Shown: positions 1 to 11,670 of the stretch, piece by piece
Layout of the letters: the number at the start of each line of letters is the position of its first letter
How positions within the stretch are numbered: the stretch's first letter is position 1
Source: Naegleria gruberi
Lineage: Eukaryota
Direction: 5' to 3' (one strand)
Length of the DNA: 64,000 bases
Assembly (NCBI GenBank): GCA_000004985.1
Contig: GG738890.1
Notes under the pieces: model-generated
What the model saw: only the letters and a program-made list of their open reading frames with translations
Told to the model about the DNA's origin: nothing
Database searches by the model: none
Program-made: the position numbers and the translations under genes

Positions 1-1
1 A

Positions 2-286
2 CAAAAGTCTTCCAGCAAACAAGAGACCTACCACTGTAAAACTCCACTCAAATTACCAATCTCAAAGATTGATCCATCTATGGCTCTTGGATTTTTATGT
101 AGTACCAAACAAGATTTTGAAGATTTTTGTACTCTTGCAGAAACTCATTTAGCTTCACGATCACATCCTTTAATTTGTATTAGAGACCAAAAACCTCAAG
201 AACGAGACTTGGACGTCATTTCATTTGATGATTTGTCAGAGAATGGTGTTAAAGACGACCTCGATGACGACATTGTCATTTTGTAA
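2..286 (+). CDS. C-terminal fragment of a protein truncated by the window start; acidic tail (DDLDDDIVIL)
   Basis: The reading frame is open from position 2 through the TAA at 284-286, so only the 3' end of the gene is visible. No recognisable domain. Confidence 0.3.
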   Translation, partial: QKSSSKQETYHCKTPLKLPISKIDPSMALGFLCSTKQDFEDFCTLAETHLASRSHPLICIRDQKPQERDLDVISFDDLSENGVKDDLDDDIVIL

Positions 287-1623
287 ATATAAAATATAGA
301 AAGTTCAATGATTATTGTAAGAAAGCAACACACTCATTTACAGTTTTCTGTTGCAACCTCTGTAACTGTAGTCTCATTGGGAACTGTAGACTATCCAATA
401 CTCTAATTGAATTTGTGTTGGTTGTTCAAAATTATCACTAATTCTCCTCTCGGTCAATCCAAATTTCACAATCCAATCTTTGTCATCATCACTTCCAATA
501 ATTAAACACTTTACAACTAGTCCACTTTAAGAAACAATTCAATTTAAAATGTAACAATGAAATATTGACTGAACAAAATTGTTGAACGAATCTTACAGCA
601 TGAAGTATGATAGATTCTTAAAACATTTGAAATGTTTGAATCAAAAAGTCAACACTGTCCATTTAGTTCAATATCATATTTCTTTTCCTTTTATGGATGA
701 TAACAAGCCTCACAAGGATGTGTTCAAAGTGTTTTTTAAAACTTACGTACTGTCCCAAAGCAATAACATGTCTATAACTCTCAATTCTTCATATTATATT
801 AGCTTAACATTTCATCCTTCATTTCCTCTACATTCTTCCACTTTTCATGATGCACTCAATCAACGGGAGACGATCCTTCATTCACTTCACTTACACTTTA
901 CAAAACTTCAACAGAGTTGACTATAGAACAACAAAGTGTTTTAATTCACAGTACTATCAATACATGTTAGAGTATTAATTACAAAAATGACAAAGATGAA
1001 ACTTTAAAGGAGAGACATTTGTCATTTAATTCATTGGATAATTGCAACACCACCATCCAATCTAGTTTATCAGCCAAAATTATACAAATTTAAAAGTGTA
1101 TTTTTGCGCAAAGAATTTCTAGTCAACCACAAACTAACCAAAAAATAGCCTTTTATGGAGAGGACACAACAAAAGAAGATTGTCAATGAAAACAAGAAGA
1201 AATAAAAAATTAGGAAGGGCACTAGAAGTGTCATGCTTTGATGAGTATTGTCTAAACATTCTATTTGTCTTTAAATAAATCAAAAAAAAGCAACGAGAAA
1301 GGTTTCGGATCATCACCTAAAACGAAACTAAACTAATTCTTCTTCTGTTCTGACGATTGTCTCGAGTTAGCAATAATCTGTATCCATTCCAAGATTTGCA
1401 AATAGACATTGTCACTAGATCCATCCAAACAAAGACCCAAAGATTCTCAACATCTTTTTTATTCGAATCCGGCAGAAACATTTAAACATTTTAAATTCTG
1501 CACTATTTAGAAACGAGAAAGTAACCAAGGACTGCGTATTCTTGTTGAATTGAAAAAAAACAGTTCTTTTTAATAATAAGACGAAACTAAACTATTTGTA
1601 AATAATAACTAGAAGACTTTAAA

Positions 1624-2133
1624 ATGCAATCGGTGTGTGTTGAACGATGGAATGAAAAGCAAGTACACTATTGGCTGAGTCATTTAGACGAATGTCAAGT
1701 GTGCACCGATAACTTGAAGTTTTTATTAGAAACTTGTCAAATAGACGAAACTAAAGAGTCTCATAATGAACAATTCAATGAACTGCCCACCAACACCACC
1801 CACTCTCCATCCACATTATCATCCTTCAAAGAAATGATACCCTTCTTCAAATATCATGCTCTGCTTGGAATTGATTTATTAGAATTAACACTCGACGAAT
1901 TATTTTCAATATTTTTCAATGAAGAAAACCAAGAAGAGAACGAGGATGAAATTATAGATATTCCATCGAACTGTAATATAGAGGATGAATCAACGAAATT
2001 ATTGATTCACAAATTGTACTACCATTTATGTATTTTAAAATTTAACAATCAAAATTCTGTAAATAATATTAGACAAACATTTAATTATTGCACTGAGTGC
2101 ATAGATAGCCGAGTTAATTCGAGGATTCATTAA
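1624..2133 (+). CDS. hypothetical protein with possible SAM-like N-terminus
   Basis: 169-aa ORF with an A-rich start context. The N-terminus has a W..KQVHYWL pattern weakly reminiscent of SAM domains, and the centre is acidic. Confidence 0.3.
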   Translation: MQSVCVERWNEKQVHYWLSHLDECQVCTDNLKFLLETCQIDETKESHNEQFNELPTNTTHSPSTLSSFKEMIPFFKYHALLGIDLLELTLDELFSIFFNEENQEENEDEIIDIPSNCNIEDESTKLLIHKLYYHLCILKFNNQNSVNNIRQTFNYCTECIDSRVNSRIH

Positions 2134-2216
2134 AATAAACTGCCATAATAGTTTGCTTACCTAATTAAATTAAATTATTCATTGCGAAATGTTGACAGTT
2201 GTCACTTTAAAAAAAA

Positions 2217-4226
2217 ATGAAACAATTTCTCACTAGTGTTCTGGCACTGCTGCTAACTGTTGTTTTACTGCTTGTGATGGTAGTGAGTTGTCATGATGCT
2301 GCCGACTCGATCATGAATGGGAAGTTTATTTCAATTTCTTCCAGTTTCGAATATTATCAAGATACTCCGTACAATGTAACTTCAACAATTTATGATTTTA
2401 CCAACATTTCCGAAGTTAATAACACATTCCTCTATACTTATGGATCAGAAATTGGTTTTTTAAATTATGGAATTGCCTTCCAAGTGATTAGTTTAATTTT
2501 CGAATTTATTTTAATTGCCATGTCAGCCACACCATTGATTTCTAAAAAAGGAAGAACTTGGCAGAAGAAAGTACTATTGGCATGTTGTTTGAGTGCTTCT
2601 GTTATGGAGTTTGCTGCTCAACCTTTTGATGTGTTGAAAGTGTTTCATCCAGTTCAGGATAAATCTATTGGAAACGTTGGTGGTAAGTAGTTTAATTGAA
2701 TATTGAATCTTTGATCAAATATTTCAGTTCTAATTCTTCCAGTCTTTCTTGCAAAACTTCAATTCCATTCCATTTTTGGTATTTTCGTCTATTTATTCTT
2801 CCACATTAATCGAATTATTTTAACAATTGCCGAAAGAATTAACACTAAAAAGAAGAGAGAAGAAATGAAGGAACATTACAAGAAGGCCATTCTTCAAGCT
2901 ATTGCCTCTAAAAAACCATCTCTTCCAGTTTCCAATAATTTACACGAAAGAGAAAGACCAAGATCCGCCAGCATGGATAGCGTTCATTCAGGCACTCATT
3001 TAATCAATGGAACAACTAGTTCAGTACCAGGATCAGTCAACACAACAGGAACTCCTGGAAATAAGACACCACCCAACATGTTTGCCACAATTAGTTCACC
3101 AACAAGTTTGACACCTTCAATTAATTCAGTTTCGTCTCCAGCGAATGATGAATTATGGTATATGAGAAAGCAAACTGTTTCTCCAACCTCTAATCAAACA
3201 TTGATTGTACCAAATGTTCAATTGAGATCTAGTTTGGATATTGCCACATCAAATGCTCATCCAAGTGTTTCAACATTGGCAGTGAGTAGTAGTGTTTCGA
3301 ATAGTGGAGAATTGAAACCATTAACAAAGAATGCACTCCTTCTACCAAATAATCTTCCTGGAAGTAGAAGAGGAAGTACAGCTTCAAATATTTCCAATTT
3401 TTCAGATACATCAGTGAGTGGATTACTAGTTCCAAATGCAAAGAAATATCTATTCGATCCAAATATTTCACGTGAAAGAAAGAACAGCAATACGTCCACT
3501 AATAGTCAATTGAGTGAATTGGAAAAGACACTCGCATTGGCTGTACCTACTAATTCATTCTATGAAAAATATCCAAGTTCTAAACTTGTGAAAATGATCA
3601 AATTTATCAAGTTTTCAATGATTGCAGTTTTAGTTTTGGATATTATTATTGGATTCCTTGATATTGTAGTGTTGGGTATTTTCTACTTGTGGGATTTGGT
3701 TGGACCAGCTGATACTGCATTCTTTGCAACTCTTGACATTTATCCATTGGTAGCTCTTATTCTGGCAGTTATACTTTCTTTCATGATGATTCTGTTTGCA
3801 TTTGTCAATTTGGCACAAGTTATTGGACTCACTGTAGCTCTCTATCTTCATCCAGATCATGATGATGCAATTAAGAGTGCTATTTTGGGCCATCCATTAC
3901 CTTCCAATGCTGGATCAACTGGTCCACTTAAAGTAGCTCTGGAATCAATTGAGGAAAATCGTGTAAGATTAGTCATTTCATCAGCAGTGATTATTTCTCA
4001 ATTATTTGTGGCTGTTTTCGTTGCCATGTATCCTATCCTCTATCACAGCATGATGATTCAGGGAATGAGTTTCCTCTTCCAAATTATTTATTATTTTGGA
4101 AGAAGAATTGGAACTTTTGGAGCTATTTTAACAATTTACATGTTATATTCTCCATTCTTTCACATGTATCATAGTATTACAAAAATAGCAACTACCAAAA
4201 ATAAGAGAATTCTATTCTTTAGATAA
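2217..4226 (+). CDS. multi-pass membrane protein with N-terminal signal/TM and an S/T/N-rich central region; 2 exons
   Basis: Two ORFs in the same frame are joined by a 45-nt intron at 2683-2727 (gtaagtag...atttcag) that contains an in-frame stop. Exon 1 is 2217-2682 and exon 2 is 2728-4226. There is a hydrophobic N-terminus (LLLTVVLLLVMVV) and several C-terminal TM helices. Confidence 0.5.
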
Positions 4227-4331
4227 ATAAATTATTATTAACTGGATATTATTTATCGATTGCTTATTTACAGTATTTGGAAAGATATTGAGATCGCAAT
4301 GATTCATTGGATATGTACAGATCAAATTCAA

Positions 4332-4634
4332 TTAAACAAAGCTTAAACTATGTGCAACTTTTTGTAAAAATGTTTTTGGTACTTGCTCTTCCAAAAGATC
4401 TGGAAGGATTGGTCGTCCTACTCCGTTCTTTTTTCCAACAATGACGAAACCTTTAGGTTCTGATGGATTTTCTTCTGCTTTTGGAATTGTTGGTTTCTTT
4501 TCCTTTACAATTGTTTCGGTTTTAAGTTTGGATGAATAGTTTCGAACTGAGTTTCTGCTAGGTGAAAGTAATTTGTTTGACCAAGAGATGGTGACTCGGC
4601 AAAGTTTTGATGATAATCTTGTAATAAACGACAT
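4332..4634 (-). CDS. small basic hypothetical protein with a possible mitochondrial-targeting-like N-terminus
   Basis: 100-aa ORF with an R/S-rich N-terminus and a KGFVIVGKKNGVGRPI motif. No family recognised, and an upstream exon is possible. Confidence 0.2.
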   Translation of the reverse strand: MSFITRLSSKLCRVTISWSNKLLSPSRNSVRNYSSKLKTETIVKEKKPTIPKAEENPSEPKGFVIVGKKNGVGRPILPDLLEEQVPKTFLQKVAHSLSFV

Positions 4635-4916
4635 TCTCTTTTTGTTGGAATTGAATTTGATTGTTTTCTTTTGTTGTCATAAATATTTTTTACCAAGTTA
4701 CATGGACAAAGAAGGGTAACATATCTTTTAATATTTTGATTGGATTGATTTAACAAAAATACATTGCCAAAAGTGACAAGATGTTTCATCATGTGTTATT
4801 AAAAAAATAGGATGTTCTCCTTAAAGATTAATGATTTAATGAAATCTTGGTTGATATAATTAAGGTGGGATTAATGTATTTTATGAATTTTAAAGTGGAA
4901 GATTGATTAATGTGTC

Positions 4917-4989
4917 GGGGTCTTGGCGCAGTCGGTAGCGCGTAGGTCTCATAATCCTAAGGTCGTGAGTTCGATCCTCACAGACCCCA
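4917..4989 (+). tRNA. tRNA-Met(CAU): tRNA-Met (anticodon CAU), elongator type
   Basis: A 73-nt cloverleaf can be drawn. The acceptor GGGGTCT pairs with AGACCCC, the D-arm is GCGC/AGTCGGTA/GCGC, the anticodon loop is CTCATAA, and the T-arm is GTGAG/TTCGATC/CTCAC with discriminator A. T54 in the T-loop suggests elongator rather than initiator. A T4 run follows at 4992-4995. Confidence 0.85.
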
Positions 4990-4991
4990 AC

Positions 4992-4995
4992 TTTT
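4992..4995 (+). terminator. Pol III oligo-T terminator downstream of tRNA-Met
   Basis: A TTTT run lies 3 nt after the discriminator base. Confidence 0.5.
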
Positions 4996-5247
4996 GTTGT
5001 TTGTTAATTTTTATTATTATTTCTACTATTGAAATACTCTTATTATAACTTGAATTCGCATAAGAACGAAGAAGCAGAGTTGATTCATCGATTTAACTTG
5101 TCTGCTATTTTTAATTTTTGAATTTCAAAAATAAATATCCAAAGTTATCCCGTTTATCCTACTTCTTGATTTGGAAAAAACGAAACCAGCAGTGTCCAAA
5201 TCCATCCTAATTTTACGAGCACAACCTTATTAAAAACACTAAAAAAA

Positions 5248-6367
5248 ATGTCTAAACACCTCAGCTGTGTCTTGTTATTACTGTTACTTGTCGCCATTGT
5301 GCATGCTCAAGTTTTCGAATCTACTTCCAACTTTCGTCCAGGATTATACGAAATTAGTTTCAACTCTTCATTGCCAGTTTCTTTTGGCAGCTCCCCAAAT
5401 CCACTCCCACCACACGATCCATTGGATCAAAACCATCATTGATTACTCATCCAGAGAAGTCAATCGTCAATTCAAACTTTCTTCCATGGAATATTTAATT
5501 TTCAAATCCTCCGCAAACTTTACAATTTCTCATGAAATCAAAGAAGCTTTTGGAGTATTATCTAGCAAGAATACTCACATTTTGAGAATTCCATCACATG
5601 GCATTGAAAGATTATTCTCCAATTCCATTATTTTGACCCATTCGAATAAGAATGTTCTTTATTTGAAAAGAAGTTTCGGCTACAATCATTACGGACCTTT
5701 CACAATTAATTTAGGATTTAAATTTAGAGAATCTGATGATCCAGAATATACCATGTACTCATTTCCATCTTCAAACATTTTGGAAATTTCAATTCCTATC
5801 GAAGTTCCAACTTCCAAAAAATCATCAAACTTTAACACACCTTTCTATTTGTATATTCAATGCAATTCACTATCTGAGGAGTGTCCATTAGAATTGAGAG
5901 TAGCCAACACAGAACATACTGATATTTTGACCATTGTAACCATTTGTATTATTGGCGCCATTTTACTTTTTATTGCAGCAATTTCACTTCCAAGTTTGTA
6001 CATTGCCTGTAAAGGAAAAAAGAAAAATTCTGAAAAGGTAATTAGAGAAGACTCGAGAACACAAGATGGAGAAACACATCACGTCAATAATGAGGAAATG
6101 TCTGGTCAAATTTGTAGAGTTAGCTTTGAAATGCCACGTCCATCCATTAGCTCTGATATTCCAGATGATTTGTTGATGAGATATAGATTACAAAACTCTG
6201 CTAGAAATCAACAACCTGTTGAGTTGTACACTGTTAGCAATGAACAAGAATGTGTTGAGTTGGAGGGAAATCCCAGTCCCTGCCCAAATCAAACAGAAGA
6301 TTCTGATGATTCAGCGGCAGTTCCATATCAACAAAAATCAGTTTACAATAAGGAAAGTTTCAAGTAA
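5248..6367 (+). CDS. secreted/type I membrane protein with signal peptide and single C-proximal TM; frame disrupted near 5390-5450
   Basis: The signal peptide ([21 protein letters not shown]) lies in frame +1 (5248-5442). The body of the protein, including the TM helix [22 protein letters not shown] and a basic stop-transfer KGKKKN, lies in frame +2 (5267-6367). The two ORFs overlap, so a clean intron does not fit. This implies a frameshift, a sequencing error, or a non-canonical short intron. Confidence 0.4.
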
Positions 6368-6504
6368 ATTGATGAGAAGGAAACGCTTTCCAATAAAAGA
6401 AATGGAATTTAGAATTTTTTTTTTCACTTCTTTTTGAAAATGCTCTTCCTATTGAGATAGCTCCATTTACTTTCCAATAATTGTTTCTTAGTTGACCATT
6501 ATTC

Positions 6505-8641
6505 TTATTTATTTGTATGACAAGCAGTGAATAATTGAGCGCTCTTATCTACTAAATTCCTCTTCACCTCTACAAGTCCCAACTTTTTCATCATTGGTCG
6601 ATAGGTTTCGTATAAATGTTCTGAACTAAACAACACATAAGCTCCTCCCCAAAACACTCCTCCCATAATATAACTCGCAATTCGATGTTTAAACATGATC
6701 GTCCACAAGGTTTCTCCCACAAATTGTTCCGTAATAAATCCCAACTCTGACACCACCTCATAAATCATATAAATCAATGCAAGTAAAATAAGAATCAAAT
6801 ATTGAGAAAATTTGAATTGGAGAAAATAAATCTTTCTCTTCTTTTTCAGCATGAAATAGATTTTCAGAGAATAGGTAAAGATAATTGACCAGGAAATGAT
6901 TAAGGCAATGAAGGCAACTGGCATTGACAGGACTCGAATGTAACCAGAGATGATTTTTGCTGTGAAGGCAGTGACGATACAGGCAATAATGAGAATCATG
7001 AGGAGAATGGAAGCACAGAATAGGATTATTCTATTGGAAAGGTTTAAATTACTTTCGAATATAAAAGTATATTACTTACAAGCCATGAATGGAAACTTTC
7101 TTGTTTTTTCCGTCCAATTTCAATAAAACTTCCACAAATGATCCAGCAAGTGGAATATTATAAACACAAATGAAAGCTAATGAAGCTATTAGAAAGGTAG
7201 TAGTAGGATAAACTGCTGTTCCATTAATACCGTAAGAAGCAGCATGCAATAATGCATTCATGAATAAACAAAAAACACCCATCAGCAAACTGACAACTGT
7301 CAACAATTTCATGTCACATAAAATTCTCAATAATTCATGTTGCAAATGCTCCTTCATTGAATTTCTAACTTGTTCTGATCCTGCATTCTTATCCTTGTTT
7401 GGTAATTCTTCTTTCGTTTCGGCTACAGGAGTAGAAACTCCTTCAAATGAAATCACAACTTGATCTGATTGAGAACTGACAACTTGAATAGGAGTTGAAC
7501 AATTTTCTGAAGTAGTTTCTTCATTAAGAATTGGTACTATACTAGCATTGGATGGGCTTGGTGAGCAAATTTCCTTCAATGGCATTATTTTTGCTGTAGA
7601 CGAAACCATTGGAGAAACTTGAAGTTTCTTTTGAGATTTCTCAATCACTGTCATATTTTGTCTGGCAATCATGTGATCCTTCCACTTTTTCACATTCCTC
7701 ACCAGAATTGGAATGAAACAAATTATTGTAATGACAATCATTTGTAAAGTGTGAAATAGAATTTCAATTATTTTCAGAGAAGGATGCGAACTCAGTGGAA
7801 CCCAAAATTTCACATAAACACTTGAACATTCAAAGAAGGATAATGTTTCAAAGGTGATTTCACTTGAATTGGAGCTTGTTGATGTGCAGTGGCATAGCAG
7901 TGTTCGGTTGAAGAAGGGAATTGTTGACATTCCACAAGTTTCTTCCATGTTTCGTCCAAATATTACGTCCAATGTTTGAACTTTAGGGTAAGCACTCTGC
8001 TGGACAATAGCTGGTAAAGTTTCTGTATGAAATTGTTTGAAATATGGATTATTTTCTTTACAAAACATGAAATAATTGAAGGCGTTCACCAATTCGAATA
8101 GATTTGCTTTCGTATTTCCGTTTTGTAGAACTATATCAAAACCATTAATGAAATAAATTCTTTCAATCGTAAAATTCTTCTCGATTAATAAACTATCCAG
8201 ATACGGCACGAAGTATTGAGTCATTAAAGTGATATTGTTGAACATTTCGAATAATTCTAAAGTTTGATTTCTCATGACAGCATTCGAATTCAAACTAGCA
8301 CAGTAAGGAGCAATATCAGACTCCAACATTACCAAATTATACTGATAATCCACCAAAGAGGCTCCATTAATAACAAAATTCTCTCGGAATAATGCATTCG
8401 GCAGAGAATCACAATTATACGAATCCCAATTCTGCACCATATCATTGGTGTAATTAAAATAATAACCAGCCACCACACTGAGTTCTTCTCCAATATTTTG
8501 CAATCTCCAATAGAGTGGACATGTAGAGGGTGATGATGATGAACTTGTTTCAGTCAATTGTGCACCAAACACTGAGGACATCATAATGAGGAGAATGAAT
8601 GTGAGATGAGATGAAGTTGTCATCATGTTGTGTTGTTGCAT
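6505..8641 (-). CDS. membrane glycoprotein-like hypothetical protein (signal peptide, large Cys/N-glyc-site-rich ectodomain, multiple C-terminal TM helices); 2 exons
   Basis: Exon 1 (7080-8641) and exon 2 (6505-7030) are joined by a 49-nt intron at 7031-7079 (minus-strand gtaagtaata...ccaatag). The join restores the frame into MILIIACIVTA. The N-terminus is hydrophobic and the ectodomain has many NxS/T sites. Confidence 0.5.
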
Positions 8642-8874
8642 CTTTTTTTACTGTGTTATGAAGGTGGGCAACACTGAAAACTATTTGGGCTCAATAATCG
8701 TTGATGAGGCAAAATAGAGATAGATATTGTTTTGGGGAACGGAGAAACTAATCAGTTTCCATATTAGTATGAAAAGGAAAGGATTGCACTTTGATTTCAC
8801 TTGTCAAGACGTCGTTCACCTCAAACACTTGATGACTTGTTGCCTTAACATTGTTAACAAACACAAGGTTGTCT

Positions 8875-11670
8875 TTATTCTGAAATTATTGTTGCGACTG
8901 ATTGGCTTTTGATAATTTCCTTAAGTCTTTCAATTTCCTTTTGTTGTTCTTCAATGAGTCTGTTCTTTTCTTTGAGAAGGTCGATGGTTGCAAATTGATT
9001 ACCCGAAGATTTTCTCTCAAGGATTGGAACTGCCTTTTGTGCTACATTGGTTTTGTATTTTCTCTTTAGGTTGTTTACCTTCTCAAGAATTTCACCTGCT
9101 GTTGGTCTATTGTTAGGATCTGTATCAATACATTGCTTAACAATTGCCATTTCTTCTGGGAACTTTTTGACCATTTCAGAAGGTATTATACCATCTTTCA
9201 AATCTTTCAAAATAAATGCTCGTTCTGTACGGGTTCCAAATGGATGCAACAATTCAAACAAAATTACACCCAAACTATAAATATCAGCCTTTTCATTATA
9301 CTGTGAATTGGATAATTGTTCCAAACTTGCATAGAAATATGTGCCTACACCCACAGTGTGATCAATGTTTGTTGGACTACATGGTCTGTTCATGATTATG
9401 CACGAACTTGAATCATGAGGTCCATCACAACTTGCTCTATTGTGATTTATAGTTTCAAAGCAATATTTGGCAAGTCCAAAATCTCCAATTTTAACAGTAT
9501 TGTCTGATGAAAGGAAAATGTTAGAAGGCTTCAAATCACGATGGATAACTCCTCTTTCGTGTATATGTTTGATGCCATCACAAATTTGACCAAAGAAATG
9601 CAATGCTTCATTCATATTCAGCTTCTTATCTTGAGTTCTTTCAGTTGACCATAACCAATCATCTAGTGTATGAGGATTGCACAACTGCATTTGAATGAAA
9701 AGTACCATCTCGAATTTGTTATTTTTCTCATTGAACATGTCTTTGAGTACTCGGAAGAGATGGCTCGTAGTCTTTTTCTTTTCTACAGCAAATTCAAGAT
9801 AACTCATATCTGTAGGAGGTGAAAAAGGGAGCTCGAAAGTTGATTCCATATTTGCAACTGATCCAGAATTGAAACTAGTTTCTGGGCTCATCTCGAAAGT
9901 TAAAGTGTTAGGAAAAACTGTTTTAGGACTTCTTCTATTGACATCAACATGAGGAATAATATCATTCTCTTCCTCATCATCTGAATCAGTAGCATATCCC
10001 ATACTGGAGAAACGTTCCAAATTAGAAGTGCTCATTGATGATTTGAAATCTGATCGGTCGTGATTAGTGTGAGATCCTCCAGTTTCATCTTCTTCTGGTG
10101 GAAGTTCATCGTCATGCATACCATTGGTGTTTGGCTCAAACCAAGCTTGGTTATATCTTACAATATTTGGATGGTCCAAAGCTGCCAAAGCTCTCACTTC
10201 TCTAATTACTTGCTTGTAGACATCTTTTAATTCTTGACTATCTTTGAATGAGAATTTAATCTTCTTGATAGCATAGTAGTGACCATCAATCTTGTGTTTA
10301 CAAACGAACACAACACCAAAAGCACCTCTACCAATTCTTTGTTTGTGATAAAAATCTGATTTGTATCTACTAGGACTGAAAAAGAGTGAATCAAACAAAG
10401 GCAAGGATGTCAGTAAAGTTGAAGATTTGTTTGGTGCATATTCATTACTGTTAGCTGAGAGGAAGGAGTGATAACTTTCCGATCTTGGCAAGCTGCCAAC
10501 CTTTGGTGCTTTGCTTTTTCCTGTTCCACTCACATCATCAGGTTGTACCTTTGAATGTTTAGTGTTGATGTTATCAGTGTCTTCCAGACTGATTGGCCAA
10601 TGCTCTATCACATCCTTCACAAAATCCTTACATCTCTTTTTCAGAACACGAGGATCCAACAAGCTAGTATCATTCAGAAATCCACCAGCGTGCAACTTTT
10701 TACACAATGAAAGGAAAAAGTTAGGATCTGGATTATATTGCCTTGCCACATGTTGTAATAAGAACAATACAAGGGTATCCTTCTTGTCTGGTTCCACTCC
10801 GATTTGTTGTTTAACAGAAGAGAATGAATCTTTTTGCTTTGCTGCTTCCAAACTCAGTGAAGAAATAGAAATGTCAGCATCACTGTCTTCATATTCCTCG
10901 TTTTCATTATCGCTTTCACTATCAGAGTTTGCTTCCGAATCTTCTCCAGAATCTTCAGCCAAGTTAGATTTAAACCAAGTTTTTCTACTCTCTTTCATCT
11001 TGCCAAATTCCGTCTTTGGTTGGTAGGATTTGCTCATGGATTTGTCTTCATCAGACTGTTCTCCATCAGATTCATCCGAAGAAGATGTAGACTCTTCTTC
11101 AGATTCTTCACTATCGGAGCTTGTGTAATACTTTTTCTTTGGGAAAAAGTTTGGTTTTGCAGAGGATGACAAGTATCCTCCTGATGGGAGTGTAGAGCTC
11201 AAAACACCAGCCACATCATCCTCTTCGTCCTCTTCAAAATCTCTTCTTCTATGTTGTGATTTGTTTTGCAAAAATTCATACATTTCATTTACAAGTACCT
11301 CATCATGAGGACTCAGCTTTTTTGGTGTCTTTTCCTTCCTTTTAATTTCATGAAAATCATTACTACTTCTAACAGAAGGAACAGAAGAACGACTCGTACT
11401 TTCATCTTCCAAATCATAGTGTAGCGATGAATCATAGGATCCAAATATTTTAGAATCTGGAAGATAATTTTCGTGGTTCATGATGATAGGTGTGGACTTG
11501 GTAGGTGTTTGTCTTGCTTTAGATGATGGAAATGAGGGTATTGGCTTGGTAGTAGTGTTGTTGTTGTTATTACTAAAGTAAGATCCAGTAGGTAGATGAT
11601 TAGAGGGTGTTGTTGGAGATGCACTCATCCCTTTGTGTTGTGGTGGTTGTGGTTTTACTTTTTGGAACAT
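8875..11670 (-). CDS. eIF2-alpha kinase family protein kinase (HRI/PEK-like) with long low-complexity N-terminal region
   Basis: Protein kinase motifs are present (AIKKIK, HRDLKPSNIFL, DFGLAKY). The eIF2-alpha-kinase hallmarks are a large acidic insert between subdomains IV and V, the LFIQMQLC motif, and the HPFGTRTERAFIL (HPF-T-ER) motif. There is no HisRS-like domain and no clear TM. Confidence 0.75.
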   Translation of the reverse strand: MFQKVKPQPPQHKGMSASPTTPSNHLPTGSYFSNNNNNTTTKPIPSFPSSKARQTPTKSTPIIMNHENYLPDSKIFGSYDSSLHYDLEDESTSRSSVPSVRSSNDFHEIKRKEKTPKKLSPHDEVLVNEMYEFLQNKSQHRRRDFEEDEEDDVAGVLSSTLPSGGYLSSSAKPNFFPKKKYYTSSDSEESEEESTSSSDESDGEQSDEDKSMSKSYQPKTEFGKMKESRKTWFKSNLAEDSGEDSEANSDSESDNENEEYEDSDADISISSLSLEAAKQKDSFSSVKQQIGVEPDKKDTLVLFLLQHVARQYNPDPNFFLSLCKKLHAGGFLNDTSLLDPRVLKKRCKDFVKDVIEHWPISLEDTDNINTKHSKVQPDDVSGTGKSKAPKVGSLPRSESYHSFLSANSNEYAPNKSSTLLTSLPLFDSLFFSPSRYKSDFYHKQRIGRGAFGVVFVCKHKIDGHYYAIKKIKFSFKDSQELKDVYKQVIREVRALAALDHPNIVRYNQAWFEPNTNGMHDDELPPEEDETGGSHTNHDRSDFKSSMSTSNLERFSSMGYATDSDDEEENDIIPHVDVNRRSPKTVFPNTLTFEMSPETSFNSGSVANMESTFELPFSPPTDMSYLEFAVEKKKTTSHLFRVLKDMFNEKNNKFEMVLFIQMQLCNPHTLDDWLWSTERTQDKKLNMNEALHFFGQICDGIKHIHERGVIHRDLKPSNIFLSSDNTVKIGDFGLAKYCFETINHNRASCDGPHDSSSCIIMNRPCSPTNIDHTVGVGTYFYASLEQLSNSQYNEKADIYSLGVILFELLHPFGTRTERAFILKDLKDGIIPSEMVKKFPEEMAIVKQCIDTDPNNRPTAGEILEKVNNLKRKYKTNVAQKAVPILERKSSGNQFATIDLLKEKNRLIEEQQKEIERLKEIIKSQSVATIISE

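Noticed and set aside
579-920. 113-aa ORF in the 5' part of the window (also 1134-1316 minus)
   Set aside because: It has no domain and has homopolymer and low-complexity character. The 300-1620 region may hold an intron-containing gene or UTRs, but I cannot build a supported model.
4800-5240. Search for tRNA-gene-targeted retroelement (TRE-like) remnants, LTRs or transposase ORFs next to the two tRNA genes
   Set aside because: There are no long ORFs, no RT/integrase/transposase motifs, and no terminal inverted or long terminal repeats within ~600 bp of either tRNA. Only AT-rich spacer is present.
10511-11026. 171-aa plus-strand ORF inside the kinase gene. Similar antisense or shadow ORFs lie at 3229-3499, 3630-3893, 9047-9280, 14945-15127, 20387-20680, 24282-24665, 24293-24620, 25699-26350, 26897-29158, 30345-30724, 33242-33620, 36087-36793, 41567-42553, 43062-44620, 45804-46025, 48989-49288, 50562-50822, 51873-52161, 53262-53486, 54078-54320, 55359-55866, 59069-59278, 60024-60765 and 61313-62328.
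   Set aside because: Each lies entirely within, or antisense to, a much longer well-supported gene. The translations have low-complexity or implausible composition. These are the shadow ORFs expected in AT-rich coding DNA.
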